From Bryobacterales bacterium (GTDB taxonomy: Bacteria; Acidobacteriota; Terriglobia; Bryobacterales; UBA6623): a stretch of DNA of 64,000 bases. Where the stretch lies: the NCBI GenBank assembly GCA_963422375.2, contig OY729428.2:2272001-2336000 (forward strand). The letters run 5' to 3'. Of the stretch, positions 62,158 through 64,000 are shown piece after piece. Made by a program: the position numbers and the translations under genes. A model generated the notes under the pieces. It did no database searches. It had not been told where the DNA came from and saw nothing but the letters and a program-made list of their open reading frames with translations. How positions within the stretch are numbered: position 1 is the stretch's first letter; each line of letters starts with the position of its first letter.

Positions 62158-62904
62158 TAACTTTTCCAAGCGGGATTTGCGAGTGGGATCTATGCCCCAT
62201 ATCTTGGACCCGCTGCCGGCGCCTTCCGCGAGACGCCCTCCGGCCTGCCCGACGGGCGCACGGGTCGCAACACGCGCTACGAGGCCAGCGACGCCGCCGG
62301 TTGCGCCCCGGCCTGCTTCTTCACCCGGTGCGAGTCGTTCCGCGAGTTCCGGCGGCGCATGGAGCGGGACAACTCCCGCTCCAACTGCCGGACCCTGTTC
62401 GGCGTGGGCCGCATCCCCTGCGACAACCGGATCCGCAACTTGCTCGACGGCCGCGACCCGGCCGCGTTCGACCCGCTGTTCCGGCTGTCCCTCGAAACTC
62501 AGCAGCGAGTCCAAGACATGGGGCATAGACCCTAGCTCGCGAATACCGCGACGAAATGTCAAGTGCCTGCCTGCGCCAGCCTTCTCAGACACTCTGGACA
62601 TCCCAAAAATGCCCAAGTCTAGAATCGCTGTGCTTGGATGTGAGCGGCCCGGAGGGTCGACGCTCGGCAACGCAGGCTTCCCAGGCGTGGCTCCGGCTAG
62701 CGGCGACGACCCAGCCGCGAATCTCGGGCCGGCTCGGAGTAGGTTCCGCCAAGCCCGCTTGCAGCAGGGCTGGGTTCACTCGGCCGGTGGGACGCGTCTA
62801 CCTCCTTTGGGGCCGCGGCCTCGCGAGCCCCAAGGATCGTCACTCATCCTGTAAGCTGAGGCGCGACGGAGCGGGCACCCCGCTCGGTCGATTCGGGAAC
62901 CATC

Positions 62905-64000
62905 ATGAATCGCAGACAGATTCTCACCGCCGCAGCGGCATCCGCAGCCTCCTACGAGAGGATCCTCGGTGCGAACGGGCGCGTCAGCGTCGGAGTCATC
63001 GGAACGGGCAACCGCGGCAGCCAGGTTTGGGAGACGGTCCTGGCCGAGGACGACGCGCTGCCGGTTGCGGCCTGCGACGTGTATGAGCCGCATCTCGAGA
63101 AGGCCCTGAGCATGGCGAACGGCCGCGCAAAAGCCTACCGGGATTTCCGCGACCTTCTGGAGCACCGCCCCATGGACGCAGTGCTGATCGCGACGCCCGA
63201 TCACTGGCACGCCATTCAGACGATCATGGCCTGCCGGGCCGGCTTGGACGTCTACGTCGAGAAGCCGCTCTCGCTAACGGTCGCCGAGGGCCGCAAAATG
63301 GTCGAGGCCGCCCGGAAGCACGCACGGGTGGTCCAGACCGGGAGCCAGCAGCGGTCCGGCCCCCATTACAAGGAAGCCGTGGACTTGGTGCGGTCCGGGG
63401 AGATCGGCACTGTCCATCACGTGGAGGCCGGCATGGAGCGGAACTCGATGCCGGGATTCGGCACGCCGGAGGATGCCGCGCCTCCGGCGGACTTCAACTA
63501 CGAGATGTGGCTCGGCCCGGCACCTACCAAGCAATACAACCCTCTGCGCGGCCACTACCACTTCCGCTGGTTCTGGGACTACTCGGGCGGCCAGATGACC
63601 AACTGGGGCGCGCACAACATTGACATCGCGCGGTGGGGGCTGGACTGCGAGTGGCCGGATTCCGTGTCGGGATGCGGCGGTCGCTACGCCATCCGAGACA
63701 ACGGCGAGACCCCCGACGTGCAGGAGGTGGTGTACGAGGTCGAAGGGGGCGTCCTGACCTGGGCGGTCCGGGAGATGAATGGAGTCCGCGGCTCGTACCT
63801 CGTGTTCCACGGCACCAAGGGCGACCTCGAGGTCGGCCGCAGGGGGTACTCGCTAAGGGGCCAGCAGTGGCAGCGCAAGGATCCCCCGATGGCCGAAGAC
63901 CGGGAATCCTACCCGGAGAACGCCCAGCGTCGGCTGACCGCCCTGCACATGCGGAACTTCCTGGACTGCGTCAAGAGCCGGGAGCGCCCGAACGCCAACG
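62905..64000 (+). CDS. Gfo/Idh/MocA family oxidoreductase, Tat signal (runs off the window end)
   Basis: MNRRQIL, GVIGTGNRG, ATPDHWH, DVYVEKP and NWGAHNID. Confidence 0.9.
   Translation, partial: MNRRQILTAAAASAASYERILGANGRVSVGVIGTGNRGSQVWETVLAEDDALPVAACDVYEPHLEKALSMANGRAKAYRDFRDLLEHRPMDAVLIATPDHWHAIQTIMACRAGLDVYVEKPLSLTVAEGRKMVEAARKHARVVQTGSQQRSGPHYKEAVDLVRSGEIGTVHHVEAGMERNSMPGFGTPEDAAPPADFNYEMWLGPAPTKQYNPLRGHYHFRWFWDYSGGQMTNWGAHNIDIARWGLDCEWPDSVSGCGGRYAIRDNGETPDVQEVVYEVEGGVLTWAVREMNGVRGSYLVFHGTKGDLEVGRRGYSLRGQQWQRKDPPMAEDRESYPENAQRRLTALHMRNFLDCVKSRERPNAN

Larger units (their letters stand above)
60551..62630 (+). mobile_element. Degenerate ISMae2-like remnant bounded by two inverted left ends and interrupted by IS1595 copy F
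   Basis: 60551-60641 plus 62158-62498 match the left end and 5' transposase of the 1265-2995 element; 62499-62630 is a second left end in the opposite orientation, ending AGAATCGCTG. Confidence 0.75.

Noticed and set aside
60747..62528. 593-aa IS1595 transposase with a novel C-terminal extension
   Set aside because: The extension results from a TGA>CGA stop loss reading through the non-coding end, TIR and flank; not a real domain.

Overview
GC-rich bacterial chromosomal window, most consistent with Acidobacteriota (Bryobacterales-like). That placement is inferred from an acidobacterial duplicated orphan permease, a DUF1549/DUF1553-DUF1501 pair, a CehA/McbA hydrolase and several sulfatases. 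Blocks of ordinary genes are present: hpnJ, trmFO-xerC, tatA, a rhomboid protease, a MacAB-type ABC exporter operon, an MFS transporter, a DsbD-like protein with a cytochrome c, three Cys-type sulfatases, msrP, a PPi-type PEP carboxykinase, galM, hspQ-htpG and tpx. These blocks are interrupted by clusters of decayed, nested insertion sequences at about 1-3 kb, 25.5-33 kb, 42.6-44.2 kb and 60.5-62.6 kb. Main observations: (1) An ISDol1-like element and a related 255-bp MITE each inserted at the same TATATA inside the terminal inverted repeat of an IS1595-family element, which in turn inserts into the AT-rich ends of an ISMae2-like element. (2) Decayed IS copies and pseudogenes appear to accumulate mostly A>G/T>C changes, the opposite of the usual bacterial mutational bias. 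(3) An unannotated Ibs-like 20-aa hydrophobic peptide has its own RBS and -10 box. (4) A C13 tract frameshifts a secreted-protein gene. (5) A candidate structured RNA leader precedes the ABC exporter operon. No rRNA, tRNA or CRISPR array was recognised. All family assignments are from motif recognition by eye, not database searches.
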